Assembly: GCA_963662585.1 (NCBI GenBank)
Contig: OY759729.1
Location: 704,001-768,000 of the forward strand
Source of the DNA: Candidatus Cloacimonadales bacterium
GTDB taxonomy: Bacteria > Cloacimonadota > Cloacimonadia > Cloacimonadales > JAFGVF01
Reading direction: 5' to 3'
DNA: 64,000 nt
A program made the translations under genes and the position numbers. Below are positions 48,920-59,220 of the stretch, in pieces. The notes beneath the pieces are model-generated. The model did not search any database. It saw only the letters and a list, made by a program, of their open reading frames with translations, and was not told where the DNA came from. Numbering within the stretch: position 1 is the first letter of the stretch; the number at the start of each line of letters is the position of its first letter.

Positions 48920-50157
48920 CATAAAGGCTACGCCTTCCCAGGCTAATTTCACGAATTAAGAAAATATCACCAAGGGATTAAATAGATTAGCCCAGGGTCT
49001 CATTCAAAGAAGTTTTGAAAAAACGAAGTTGAATTGACCCTGGGTAAAGAGTACCTACAAAAATTACCCTGTAAGGGTTTAATAAGGAATATAACTATTG
49101 CAAAAAATCAGTCAAATTATAGGACTGGACATTCACACGATTTATCGCGAATGTAGGGTCGTATTGCCATACGCCTTCTTGAAAAGTCCCTTAACACAGA
49201 GTAAAGATGAGTTTTAAGGAGATTCTCTCCGCTGTGAATTGGTAAATAACAGGTGAATAGTGTCTAAACTGCTCATAAATCTAAAAATACCATTGTCTAA
49301 TTTGGAAGCAGAGACGCTTCCACTTCATAGAAGAAAACACCCCCTGTGTCCCCCTCACAGAGGGGGATTTAAAAACACCCCGTCTGCTTCGCAGCCACCC
49401 CTCTTTTATCGTGCCTTCAGCACTAAAGAGGGGAGTTTGACATTCACGGACTAAAGGTCCGTAACCCCAGTTCTTAAATCCCAAAGGGATGCCATATAAT
49501 AGGGAGTGTTTGCAAGACACTCCTAAAGTCACGACAAAAAGAAAGCCCTGCAGGGGCGACATACACTAAAAAAGTTAAAAAATATATCCACTAATTTCAC
49601 GATTTATCGCGAATGTAGGGGCGTATTGCCATACGCCTTCTTGAAAAGTCCCTTAACACAGAGTAAAGATGAGTTTTAAGGAGATTCTCTCCGCTGTGAA
49701 TTGGTAAATAACAGGTGAATAGTGTCTAAACTGCTCATAAATCTAAAAATACCATTGTCTAATGTGGAAGCAGAGACGCTTCCACTTCATAGAAGAAAAC
49801 ACCCCCTGTGTCCCCCTCACAGAGGGGGATTTAAAAACACCCCGTCTGCTTCGCAGCCACCCCTCTTTTATCGTGCCTTCAGCACTAAAGAGGGGATTTT
49901 AAGATTCACGGACTAAAGGTCCGTAACCCCAGTTCTTAAATCCCAAAGGGATGCCATATAATAGGGAGTGTTCGCAAGACACTCCTAAAGTCACGGCAAA
50001 AAGAAAGCCCTGCAGGGGCGACATACACTAAAAAAGTTAAAAAATATATCCACTAATTTCACGATTTATCGCGAATGTAGGGGCGTATTGCCATACGCCT
50101 TCTTGAAAAGTCTTCGTCCGAAGTCCCTTGCCTACGGCTGAGGAACTCCGGTCTTCA
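48920..50157. repeat. REP-module mosaic with 462-bp tandem duplication
   Basis: GTAG palindromes at 49153, 49615 and 50077 (462-bp period); each unit carries block A and three-hairpin modules shared with the 12.8-15.5 kb array. Confidence 0.92.
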
Positions 50158-50352
50158 AGGTGGCCACCATCAGTCATTAAAGATTACAGTCTTTCATTTT
50201 TTTTAACTCTTATCCCCGTGGCCATTGAAGCTCTCTTACTTCTCCCTTGTTGCCAACTCTAAAATTTACCAAATAATAATAGTGATGAATAAGAAGAAGG
50301 CAGAACAGTCCCTATAGCATGAAGCTATTTATCCTTAGAAAAAGACTTTAAA

Positions 50353-50658
50353 TTAGTTAATCTTTTCGATTACGGACTGCACTTTCCCTTTAATTCTGTC
50401 TTGTTTTGAAGCTCTAAAATCTATTTTAATAGTAATTCCTAATCTTTCATAATCAGGAGCAAATTTCAAGAAAATCTCTCTAATCAAGTCCATCACATCA
50501 TCATATTTACCTTCAAGAACTGAGCCCATGGGAGTTAGAAGATGCTCCACTTTGGTATTTTGATTAATGACATCAATAACTTTAGCCACAAAAGGAGAAA
50601 GACTTGGCCCGATATCATAGGTTACTACAACTAATTCGCAGATAATATTTGTATTCAT
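50353..50658 (-). CDS. MTH1187/YkoF-like thiamine-binding protein
   Basis: SLSPFVA.VI, LTPMGSVLEG, IKIDFR, KVQSV; start 50658 with AAAGGA RBS. Confidence 0.85.
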   Translation of the reverse strand: MNTNIICELVVVTYDIGPSLSPFVAKVIDVINQNTKVEHLLTPMGSVLEGKYDDVMDLIREIFLKFAPDYERLGITIKIDFRASKQDRIKGKVQSVIEKIN

Positions 50659-50729
50659 AATTGTTTCCTTTGATAAATAGAAAAATCCTTCACAAGGATA
50701 AATCAATGTGAAGGATTTTAGGTTAAAGT

Positions 50730-51884
50730 TTACTTAAAAGCTTCCATACCAGAAAATTCACGGTATAGATCAAAGCTTTCTAATTGCTTTTCATCATCAG
50801 GAGTAACTTCATTTAAAACTATTTTTGTGAGTAATTCACCTAGTCCAGGTCCTAACATAAAACCTTGTCCGCACATTCCCACAGCATTAATGAAGTTAGG
50901 TATCTCTTTGGTTCTTCCGACGATTGGGAAACCGTCAGGAGTCATTGGATACTGTCCTCTCCATGTTCTTCTAAGTTTAAGATATTTTAAGCGAGGATAG
51001 ATATCTAACATTCTCTTAGTCACTAAAGGTAAGAATTCAGAGGTGGAGAGATTATCTACACCAACGATTGGAGGATCTGGTGTTATACAGAAGACTACTT
51101 GTCCTTCATGATTTTGGTAGAAGTAGTAATTAGCTGAACCAGGAGCTTTACGCATATCAATTACCATTGGTTCAAAGAATCTTTGTACAGGTTCTGTGAT
51201 ACCAGCTTCATGATTATCAGGGAAGACAGGAAGATCAAGTCCAAGTTTCTTACCTATTTGGCGAGCATTGTTTCCTGAAGCATTAATCACTTCTGAGCAA
51301 GAGTACTTATCTTTATTGGTAATTACTGCTACGATACGATCATTCTCTACTACAAATTCATTAACTGCTTCATTAAAATGAAATTCTGCACCTAGTTCCT
51401 TAGCACGAGCATGAAAGGCGGACATTGCTAGAAGAGGTGAACAAGAACCATCTTCAGGAGAGAAAGTAGAACCTCTTAAGCCTTCCATTTTGATACCAGG
51501 AACAAGCTTATTATATTCTTCAGCTGGGATCCACATAATGTTCAAACCCATGCCTTGCAAAGATCTTACCATTGCTTGAAGAGTCTCTGAATCTTTATCA
51601 TTCCAGGCAGGATAAGAATATCCATTTGATCTCCAGCCAATATCATAGTTATGAGTCTCTTTCCAAGTGGAGAAGATTTCTATACTTCTTTGACATACAG
51701 ATAATTTTCCATAATCTGAATGGGTAGCTCTAACGCCACCAATAGCTTTTTTATTATTACCTTGTCCAGGACCTGATAATTCATCTAGAACAAGAACTTT
51801 TTTACCTTTTTCACTTAAAGAAACAGCAGTAGGAACTCCGATTGAACCAGCTCCAATAATTATTACATCGTAGTTATTAGTCAT
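50730..51884 (-). CDS. FAD-dependent amino-acid dehydrogenase, beta subunit (sarcosine oxidase beta/proline dehydrogenase-like)
   Basis: IIGAGSIG, RTWRGQYPMTPDGFPIVG, GMCGQGFMLGPG. Confidence 0.88.
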   Translation of the reverse strand: MTNNYDVIIIGAGSIGVPTAVSLSEKGKKVLVLDELSGPGQGNNKKAIGGVRATHSDYGKLSVCQRSIEIFSTWKETHNYDIGWRSNGYSYPAWNDKDSETLQAMVRSLQGMGLNIMWIPAEEYNKLVPGIKMEGLRGSTFSPEDGSCSPLLAMSAFHARAKELGAEFHFNEAVNEFVVENDRIVAVITNKDKYSCSEVINASGNNARQIGKKLGLDLPVFPDNHEAGITEPVQRFFEPMVIDMRKAPGSANYYFYQNHEGQVVFCITPDPPIVGVDNLSTSEFLPLVTKRMLDIYPRLKYLKLRRTWRGQYPMTPDGFPIVGRTKEIPNFINAVGMCGQGFMLGPGLGELLTKIVLNEVTPDDEKQLESFDLYREFSGMEAFK

Positions 51885-51886
51885 AA

Positions 51887-53962
51887 TTATTCCTCCCTTT
51901 TTCCGCCGGCAAAAACACTCAATTGAGCTTCAATAAATACCGGTCTCTTAGTGTTTGGAACAACATGATCAGCAGGAACACCCATCTGTCGCATTACTTG
52001 TTTAAGTAAGACATCACAAGTTTTTGCTCCACAAGGTCCCATACCTGCACGAGTAATAGCTTTAATCTGATTCAAATCATATATTCCCTGTTTAATTAAG
52101 TCTTTCACATCTTTGACTTTTACTCTTTCGCAAAGACATACCATTCCATCATCTTCTAAGTTAGGGATAGTATCCATTTCAATTGGTAAGGTAATAGCTT
52201 CTTCTTGAATTCTAAATGATGCTACTTTTTTGGCAATATCTCTATCAACTTGAACTTTTACTAATTGAGTTCTTTGTTTAGGGAACATTTGCACACTTAC
52301 TACAGGGAAATGTCCTAAAGTCTCTGCATTGATATCATTCACTTCAACAATATCGCCCTCTTTTATCATAAAATTACCTACTTCATAAGGAAGGGTAACT
52401 ATTGGATTCTCTTTATCTTTTCTATAATCTACTAGAGTAATTGCTAAGCCTGGGCAGATTAGGACACATTTACCACAACCAATACATTTTTCAGTATAGC
52501 GAGGAGTTCCCATTAAACCGCCATCATCAATTTTAATGGCATTCACAGGACAAACAGTAGTGCAAGGATTACATGGAATCTCTTGCAAGCAATGAATAAT
52601 TGGCATAATGCTATCTTCGCTATCATCATAATTATATGCTTTTATCTCGCCTGGATGTGTTTTTAATAATTCAGCTTTATCATACCATTCTTGAGGAACT
52701 TCATCAACTTCAGCACCCATTTCTTTACAAATTTTGAGTCCAACTATTTTTCCATTAAACATAGCAGAAGAAGCTTCAGCAATTTCAAAAGCATCACCAG
52801 CTGCCATTACTGGAAGTCCTGCTTGAACAGCTTCTTGGGTAAATTCGTCTAAAGAATCTAAACCTACTGCCATTAAGATAGTATCACAAGAAAAACTCTT
52901 TTCTGTACCAGGGATTTGTTGAAATTTTTCATCAACTTCAATAATAGTTATACCTTCTACAGTCTCGGTACCATTAGCACTTAAAATACTATGAGAAGTA
53001 TAGATAGGGACACCAAGTCTTTTTAATTTATCAGCATGAACTTTGTAGCCTCCACACCTAGGTGCAGCTTCAACTAAGCCAACAACATTGATTCCTGCTT
53101 GAAGAGCATGGTAGCCTGCTATGAGGCCAACATTACCACCACCAACAATAAATAATCTATCGGTTGGTTTTACTAAATCTCTATTAACTAAAGTTTGGAA
53201 AGCTCCTGCACCATAGATACTTGCAAGTGTGTTGCCATTAAAGCGTAAGAACTTTTCTCTAGCTCCTGCAGCATTCAGAATCATTTTAGGAGTTACGACT
53301 TTGTATTCATCTTTCTTTAAAACACCTACTTTTTTATCACTGAAGACAAATAGTACTGTGCTTTCAGTCCAGATTTCAATAGAATCATAGCTTGAAACTT
53401 CTTCAGCTAGAATTTTACCTATATCGTTTCCACGAGTTCCAGCTCTAGAATCGGCTTGAGAACCAAAGAATTTATGAGTCTGTAAAACTAATTTACCACC
53501 CAAGACCTCTTTATCATCTATTAATAAAGCTTTTAAGCCTCTCTTACCCATTTCAATAGCAGCTGAAAGACCTGCAGGTCCACCGCCAATAATTAATATA
53601 TCAGTAGTAAGTTCTTCAATATCAGACATTTCAACCTGATCTGAATCAGTTGGTAAATTTGGTAAACCCTCTGCACTTTCAACAATCATATTTTCTTTGA
53701 CTGGTGTCATACAAGATTTTACAGGAATACCATTAGCAATTACAGTACATTTTGCGCACTGTCCATTTGCACAAAATATACCTTGAGCTGTGTTGTCAGC
53801 ATGATGGTGACCGAAGACGCGGATGCCGTTTGCCATAAGAGCTGAAGATATCATCTCACCTTGACGAGCATTAAGAGGTTGTTTGTTCCAATAAAAAGTG
53901 ACAAAATCGTTATTTTCCGGCATATCTAAGACCGGATGGTTTCTAATGCGTTGTTCAACCAT
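51887..53962 (-). CDS. Fused 2Fe-2S / FAD-NAD oxidoreductase / 4Fe-4S ferredoxin / BFD-like subunit
   Basis: FCANGQCAKC..C, IGGGPAGL, GGGNVG, CNPCTTVCP...CIGCGKCVLICP, CLCE...GMGPCGAKTC. Confidence 0.88.
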   Translation of the reverse strand: MVEQRIRNHPVLDMPENNDFVTFYWNKQPLNARQGEMISSALMANGIRVFGHHHADNTAQGIFCANGQCAKCTVIANGIPVKSCMTPVKENMIVESAEGLPNLPTDSDQVEMSDIEELTTDILIIGGGPAGLSAAIEMGKRGLKALLIDDKEVLGGKLVLQTHKFFGSQADSRAGTRGNDIGKILAEEVSSYDSIEIWTESTVLFVFSDKKVGVLKKDEYKVVTPKMILNAAGAREKFLRFNGNTLASIYGAGAFQTLVNRDLVKPTDRLFIVGGGNVGLIAGYHALQAGINVVGLVEAAPRCGGYKVHADKLKRLGVPIYTSHSILSANGTETVEGITIIEVDEKFQQIPGTEKSFSCDTILMAVGLDSLDEFTQEAVQAGLPVMAAGDAFEIAEASSAMFNGKIVGLKICKEMGAEVDEVPQEWYDKAELLKTHPGEIKAYNYDDSEDSIMPIIHCLQEIPCNPCTTVCPVNAIKIDDGGLMGTPRYTEKCIGCGKCVLICPGLAITLVDYRKDKENPIVTLPYEVGNFMIKEGDIVEVNDINAETLGHFPVVSVQMFPKQRTQLVKVQVDRDIAKKVASFRIQEEAITLPIEMDTIPNLEDDGMVCLCERVKVKDVKDLIKQGIYDLNQIKAITRAGMGPCGAKTCDVLLKQVMRQMGVPADHVVPNTKRPVFIEAQLSVFAGGKREE

Positions 53963-54228
53963 AAAATTCTCCTAAAATTGGATTATATTATCCTAAAAAA
54001 AGTTATTAGTCATAAAGTGTCAAGTGTAAAACTTAATTATATGATTTTAGTTTGCACTATGCTTGCTCAAAATCAAAAAAAACTTGTTTTATTCTCTTAA
54101 AAAATTAATCTATTATTATATTAAAATTACAAGATTATTATTTATTGTTTTTTTAGTAGCTCTTATTGCTACTAGCATCTCTATTTTGAGAATATTTAAT
54201 AATTAAATAAAGACATTTAGGAGGTACT

Positions 54229-55938
54229 TTGGTACGACAGATAACTAATCAGTTAGTTCTTGTTCTCACCGGACAGGCAGGACAAGGTATTCAATCAATT
54301 GAGAGTATTTTATCTACTTTACTCAAAAGAAGTGGCTATAATTATTTCTCGACTTCAGAACTTATGTCTCGGGTAAGAGGTGGAATTAATTCTACTGAGA
54401 TAAGAGTATCATCGCAAGCAATAGCAGGATTTCTTGATCACATAGATATACTTATTCCTCTCCACAATGATGGTATTGAGCATCTTAAAAAAAGAAGAAG
54501 TTCTGAGACTATTGTTATCGGAGAAAAAGATAAAATAGATTATAAAGATATCATAGATATTCAATTTACTCAAATAGCAAAAGAGATAGGAAATGCTATT
54601 TATTCTAATACTGTGGCAGCTGGCTTTATATGTGGACTTCTAAAAGTAGAACTCAAGACCTGCCAAGATTACATAATTGAGTACTTTGCAGATAAAAATT
54701 CAGATATTCAAAAGAAGAATCGCGAGGCAATAACTAAAGGTCATGAATTAGGTAAGAACTTCACAGATATAGATATTAATATTGAAAAATCCCCTTCAGT
54801 TAAAGACCATCTTCTCATGAGTGGTGCTGATGCTATATCACTTGGTGCCCTTGCGGGTGGATGTAACTACACCTGTGGTTATCCAATGTCACCAGCTACC
54901 AGTGTACTCCAAAATATGGCCTCTTATGCTAAAAAATTTGATATCATTGTCGAGCAGGTTGAAGATGAAGTCGGAGTTATTAACATGGCTCTTGGTGCAT
55001 GGTATGCTGGAGCTAGAGCTATGACAACTACCTCTGGAGGTGGACTTGCCCTCATGAGTGAAGGGATAAGTCTTTGCGGAATGATGGAATCACCGATGGT
55101 ACTTCACTTGGCACAGAGACCAGGTCCTGCTACCGGACTTGCAACCCGTACAGAACAAGGTGATTTGAATTTAGTATTATACTCTGGTCATGGAGACTTT
55201 CCTAGAATAATTCTGGCACCTGGAACTTTACAAGAGGGATTTACCCTCACTCAAAAGGCTTTTAATCTAGCTGATAAATATCAAGTTCCTGTTTTCATAT
55301 TAACTGATCAATATTATGTCAATAGCAAATATAACACAGCTCCCTTTGATAGCAAAAGCTTAAAAATCGAAAAGCATATAATTGAGACTAAAGAAGATTA
55401 TAAAAGATACTCTTTTACAGAAAATGGAATTTCTCCCCGTGGAATACCTAGTTATGGTTCAGGAAGTGTCTGTTCAGGAAGTAATGAACACGATGAAGCT
55501 GGAAGGATTACTGAAGATCCGGATTTAAGAGTAAAGATGACTGATAAGCGTCTCCATAAATTAGAACTAATTAAAGCCGACATTATTCAACCAAAACTGA
55601 TTGGCAAGGATAATTACCAGACCCTTATAGTAAGTTGGGGTTCTACTTTTAATATTGTAGCTGAAGCAGTTCAAGTTCTTGGAAGAGAAGATATTGCGGT
55701 TTTACATTTCTCTTGGGTATTCCCTCTTCCTGACAACACTCTAGAATATTTAGAAAAAGCAAATCAAGTTATTATAGTAGAGAATAATGCTACTTCCCAT
55801 TTTGCCCAACTTATAAAACTTTCAACAGGTTTTGACATTAAAAATAAGATACTAAAATATAATGGACGCCCCTTCTCCATTGAAGAAGTAAAAGAAGAGA
55901 TTGAAAAGGTGATTGATTTAGGAGGAGAAAATGAATAA
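54229..55938 (+). CDS. korA: 2-oxoacid:acceptor oxidoreductase subunit alpha
   Basis: TTG start with AGGAGG RBS; GQAGQG, SRVRGG, YPMSPAT, QVEDE, TTTSGGG, QRPGPATG.ATRTEQGD; substrate not determinable. Confidence 0.9.
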   Translation: MVRQITNQLVLVLTGQAGQGIQSIESILSTLLKRSGYNYFSTSELMSRVRGGINSTEIRVSSQAIAGFLDHIDILIPLHNDGIEHLKKRRSSETIVIGEKDKIDYKDIIDIQFTQIAKEIGNAIYSNTVAAGFICGLLKVELKTCQDYIIEYFADKNSDIQKKNREAITKGHELGKNFTDIDINIEKSPSVKDHLLMSGADAISLGALAGGCNYTCGYPMSPATSVLQNMASYAKKFDIIVEQVEDEVGVINMALGAWYAGARAMTTTSGGGLALMSEGISLCGMMESPMVLHLAQRPGPATGLATRTEQGDLNLVLYSGHGDFPRIILAPGTLQEGFTLTQKAFNLADKYQVPVFILTDQYYVNSKYNTAPFDSKSLKIEKHIIETKEDYKRYSFTENGISPRGIPSYGSGSVCSGSNEHDEAGRITEDPDLRVKMTDKRLHKLELIKADIIQPKLIGKDNYQTLIVSWGSTFNIVAEAVQVLGREDIAVLHFSWVFPLPDNTLEYLEKANQVIIVENNATSHFAQLIKLSTGFDIKNKILKYNGRPFSIEEVKEEIEKVIDLGGENE

Positions 55939-56791
55939 CAAATTTGATTTTGAAAATAAAATTGATTTTTCTTGGTGTCCTGGCTGTGGAAACTTCTCTA
56001 TTCGCCAAGAATTACTAACTGCCCTTGAAGAAATGAAACTTGATAAAGATAAAGTAGTATTGGTTTCAGGAATTGGACAAGCTGCCAAAATGCCGGAATT
56101 TGTTAACACTAGCTTCTTTCATGGACTGCATGGGCGTGGATTACCAGCAGCTACGGCAATCAAAGCATGCAATCCCGAACTCACAGTTATTGCCTTCGGT
56201 GGTGATGGTGATATGTATGGTGAAGGTGGAAATCATCTGCTCCATATCACTAGAAAAAATCCTGATATCACTCTCTTTGTTAATGATAATATGATTTATG
56301 GCTTAACTAAAGGACAGGCTTCACCTACTTCAAGTATTGGAATGAAAACCCCTCTCCAAGTATTTGGGGTTTCTGAAAAACCTCTTAATCCGCTTGCTCT
56401 AGCTATCTCACTGGATGTAACATTTGTAGCTAGAGCCTTCTCAGGTCATGTGGAACAGACTAAAGAGATAATGAAACAAGCTATAGCTCATAAAGGATTT
56501 GCCTTAGTTGATATATTCCAACCTTGTGTTTCATTCAATAAAATAAATACCTTTAAATGGTTCAATGAAAATACCTATTATTTACCAGAAGATTTTGATA
56601 ACTCAGATAGGGTAAAATCATTTGAGAAAGCCCTGGAAGAGGGTCCTTTCCCACTTGGTGTGATTTACAAAAGTAATCATCGCAAAACTTTTGAGGAGAA
56701 TCTTCAAGTATATAAAAATAACAAATTACCCCTTTATAAAAATGAAATCGATATGAATAAAATAGAAGCGGAGATACTCTCCAAAAGATAA
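55931..56791 (+). CDS. korB: 2-oxoacid:ferredoxin oxidoreductase subunit beta (TPP-binding)
   Basis: WCPGCG, SGIGQA, LHGR, GGDGD..GEGGNH, YGLTKGQASPT, QPCVSFN. Confidence 0.92.
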   Translation: MNNKFDFENKIDFSWCPGCGNFSIRQELLTALEEMKLDKDKVVLVSGIGQAAKMPEFVNTSFFHGLHGRGLPAATAIKACNPELTVIAFGGDGDMYGEGGNHLLHITRKNPDITLFVNDNMIYGLTKGQASPTSSIGMKTPLQVFGVSEKPLNPLALAISLDVTFVARAFSGHVEQTKEIMKQAIAHKGFALVDIFQPCVSFNKINTFKWFNENTYYLPEDFDNSDRVKSFEKALEEGPFPLGVIYKSNHRKTFEENLQVYKNNKLPLYKNEIDMNKIEAEILSKR

Positions 56792-56975
56792 TATCCCCCT
56801 CCGCGAGGGGGACCATGGGGGTGTTTCCTTAATCCCCCTCCGCGAGGGGGACCATGGGGGTGTTTCCTTAATCCCCCTCCGCGAGGGGGAACATGGGGGT
56901 GTTTCCTTAATATCCCCCTCCGCGAGGATAATACAAGGGCCTTTCTTAAGAGGGCGTATGGCAATACGCCCCTAC
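56791..56975. repeat. 39-bp tandem hairpin repeat (~3.5 copies) plus a GTAG REP between convergent genes
   Basis: TAATCCCCCTCCGCGAGGGGGACCATGGGGGTGTTTCCT units; inverted GTAG palindrome abuts the 56976 stop. Confidence 0.9.
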
Positions 56976-58061
56976 TTAGTTACCTGAACGAACAAGTCTT
57001 AAACCAAAATAATGATTTTCAAAAGAACTTAGGCTTGGCCTAAAAGAGGAACGACTAGCAAGCCTACAATAAGTTTGAGAATTACCCCAACTACCACCCC
57101 TAACTACTCGCTTACTACCACTATCAGGACCGATTGGATTTAGCTGTGCTTCACTAGAATAGTCAGCATACCAATCATAACACCACTCAAAAACATTACC
57201 CGACATATCATAAATCCCTAACTTGTTTGGCAATTTAGAGCCAATTGGCTTTGTCTCATGCTCTTCATTAACTCCCCAATACACAGCAACACTATCAACA
57301 TCATCTGAACCAGAATAGAGATAATCAGGCTCATTAGAAGCTCCTCTAGCAGCATATTCCCACTCGGCTTCAGTAGGTAAACGATAGCCATTAGCAGTAA
57401 AATCACAAGTCCACTCTGAAGTATCATAGCAAGGGGTTAACCCTTCTTGAATACTTCTTAAATTACAATATTCAACAGCCTTAAACCAAGTTACACTTTC
57501 TACAGGATTATTATTATCAGCATACCAATAGTAATAACTAGGATTGTTGCCCATGACCCATTTATATTCAGCTTGAGTTACTTCATACTTAGCGATATAA
57601 AAAGGATCGACTGTTACTTCATGAAGAGGTAATTCACAGAGAAAGCCATCACCTCTTGTTCTTCCCATAGTAAAGCTTCCGCCTGGGACAAAAGCCATTG
57701 AGGGATAAGGATCATCACCAATAGTAAATGTTCTAGTTTTGCTTTCACTTGCTTGATAATCTTCTTTATATGCCTTAACATATATTGAAGTTGTTTCTGA
57801 AATATGGAGTGGACCAAGATATAGCTGTGAGACTTCAATTGGTTGGAAGTAATCAAATCTATAATATATCTCTGCACCTGGTGTAGCACAGGTAATTTCT
57901 ACTACTACAGAATCACAATATACTCCTGCTGGAGGATTAAATGATGGAGTTGACACTCTGTTGGAATCACTATCTGAAGGCTTAGAGGCTTTATCATCAT
58001 TGCAACTAATTAACAAGAACGAAAGAAGAAGCACTAACCAAAACAAATTCTTTTTAAACAT
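56976..58061 (-). CDS. Lipoprotein with chitobiase/FN3-associated domain and FGE-sulfatase (SUMF1, CLec fold) domain
   Basis: Lipobox LISC; TP.FNPP.G.Y; GGSFTMG, YEVTQAEY, YRLPTEAEWEYAARG, DMSGNV.EW, RVVRGGSW. Confidence 0.92.
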   Translation of the reverse strand: MFKKNLFWLVLLLSFLLISCNDDKASKPSDSDSNRVSTPSFNPPAGVYCDSVVVEITCATPGAEIYYRFDYFQPIEVSQLYLGPLHISETTSIYVKAYKEDYQASESKTRTFTIGDDPYPSMAFVPGGSFTMGRTRGDGFLCELPLHEVTVDPFYIAKYEVTQAEYKWVMGNNPSYYYWYADNNNPVESVTWFKAVEYCNLRSIQEGLTPCYDTSEWTCDFTANGYRLPTEAEWEYAARGASNEPDYLYSGSDDVDSVAVYWGVNEEHETKPIGSKLPNKLGIYDMSGNVFEWCYDWYADYSSEAQLNPIGPDSGSKRVVRGGSWGNSQTYCRLASRSSFRPSLSSFENHYFGLRLVRSGN

Positions 58062-58183
58062 CCTATCTACCCCTTTTGTGCACTTATTAATTACTATATC
58101 ATAGTTTTAAGTACTATCATCAATATTCTAGTATTGTTAAATATTGTCAATTAATATTTATATTATTAATAAACATTACATTA

Positions 58184-58529
58184 GAGGCTGTTCAACCATC
58201 AAGCCACCTTCTTCAATAGTTTATCCTTAACGAAGTCGATAATATTGCATATCTTTAGGTTTCTTGACATTTTATAATGATTGTATATTGGTAACAAAGC
58301 CTCTTCACTGGGAATGTGGATGACCACATCCGCTTCCAAGGGATAGCTTGGAAATTCTTAAAAATCCCTGTGGGATTAAGAGGCATTATTCGGATATTAG
58401 AGATGTAGTAATGTAATCAAGCTAGATGTCCATTTCAAAAATGTAGGATAATAAATAAAAAGTGTGCCTTAATTATACCATTAAAAAAATCAAAGCACTA
58501 TTTATCAGTCATTTATTCTGAACAGTCTC
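58184..58529. mobile_element. Non-autonomous MITE / internally deleted IS (346 bp)
   Basis: Terminal inverted repeats GAGGCTGTTCA / TGAACAGTCTC (10/11 match), flanked by the 8-bp direct repeat TTACATTA (58176-58183 and 58530-58537); no ORF. Confidence 0.7.
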
Positions 58530-58546
58530 TTACATTAACTACTAAA

Positions 58547-59215
58547 TTACAGACCTAAGTCCCTAACAATTTTCCATACTTCAGAGAAGCAAAGTCTGCA
58601 ATTATATTCTTCTACTAGGCCATTCTTGATCTGATTAGCTCTAGATAAACAGCTTTTCTTAGCATTAATAGAAGCTTGTTGCAAATTGTTCTTGGTAACA
58701 GAATAAATTTTCCCCTTTCCTTTTTGATAATTAGCAATATATTTGTTTAATTGAGTTTCGTGATTCTTACAATTGTCACTTGTTGTGGGGTTTGTTTCAT
58801 AATGATACAATAACCATGTTTCAAAACAGATATAGGACTCAATCGGTACTACAGCTCGAGTCATCAGCTTATTTCTCTCATCAATATATTTTATCATTTG
58901 TTTTTGATTAATTATGCAATCTAAATCAAGTACGAAATACACTTTTGTATAATTATCTGTTTTATATTGACTTGCTTTATCTAGAATACTTCTCCAATTA
59001 GATTTGTTGTGGAGCTCTGGAATAATCCTAATTCCTTTGCCTGATTCTTTTGATGCAACTTCTGAGAAATAATTTTGTTCTGTTTCTCCTTCACAAACTA
59101 TTACAATAACAGACTTCTCTTTTCTTATTCCTTTAGCTTCAAAAGTTGATTTATCTTTCTTATTTTGGGGAAGTGTTCTCTTTTTTTCCGCTCTTGTATT
59201 TCTTTTTCTTGCCAT
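58547..59215 (-). CDS. rloB: RloB family protein (TOPRIM-like, AbiLii-like)
   Basis: IVCEGETEQNYF, VLDLD, CFETWLLYHY, A..NAK. Confidence 0.9.
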   Translation of the reverse strand: MARKRNTRAEKKRTLPQNKKDKSTFEAKGIRKEKSVIVIVCEGETEQNYFSEVASKESGKGIRIIPELHNKSNWRSILDKASQYKTDNYTKVYFVLDLDCIINQKQMIKYIDERNKLMTRAVVPIESYICFETWLLYHYETNPTTSDNCKNHETQLNKYIANYQKGKGKIYSVTKNNLQQASINAKKSCLSRANQIKNGLVEEYNCRLCFSEVWKIVRDLGL

Positions 59216-59220
59216 AAGAA

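Noticed and set aside
56791..56928. Mini-CRISPR
   Set aside because: 39-bp units are contiguous without unique spacers and belong to the dispersed CCCCCTC-N4-GAGGGGG family
2421..56964. ORFs at 2421, 14336, 41828, 49260, 49281, 49722, 56562 and 56734
   Set aside because: They are translations of GC-rich repeat modules; their mutual similarity reflects the DNA repeats
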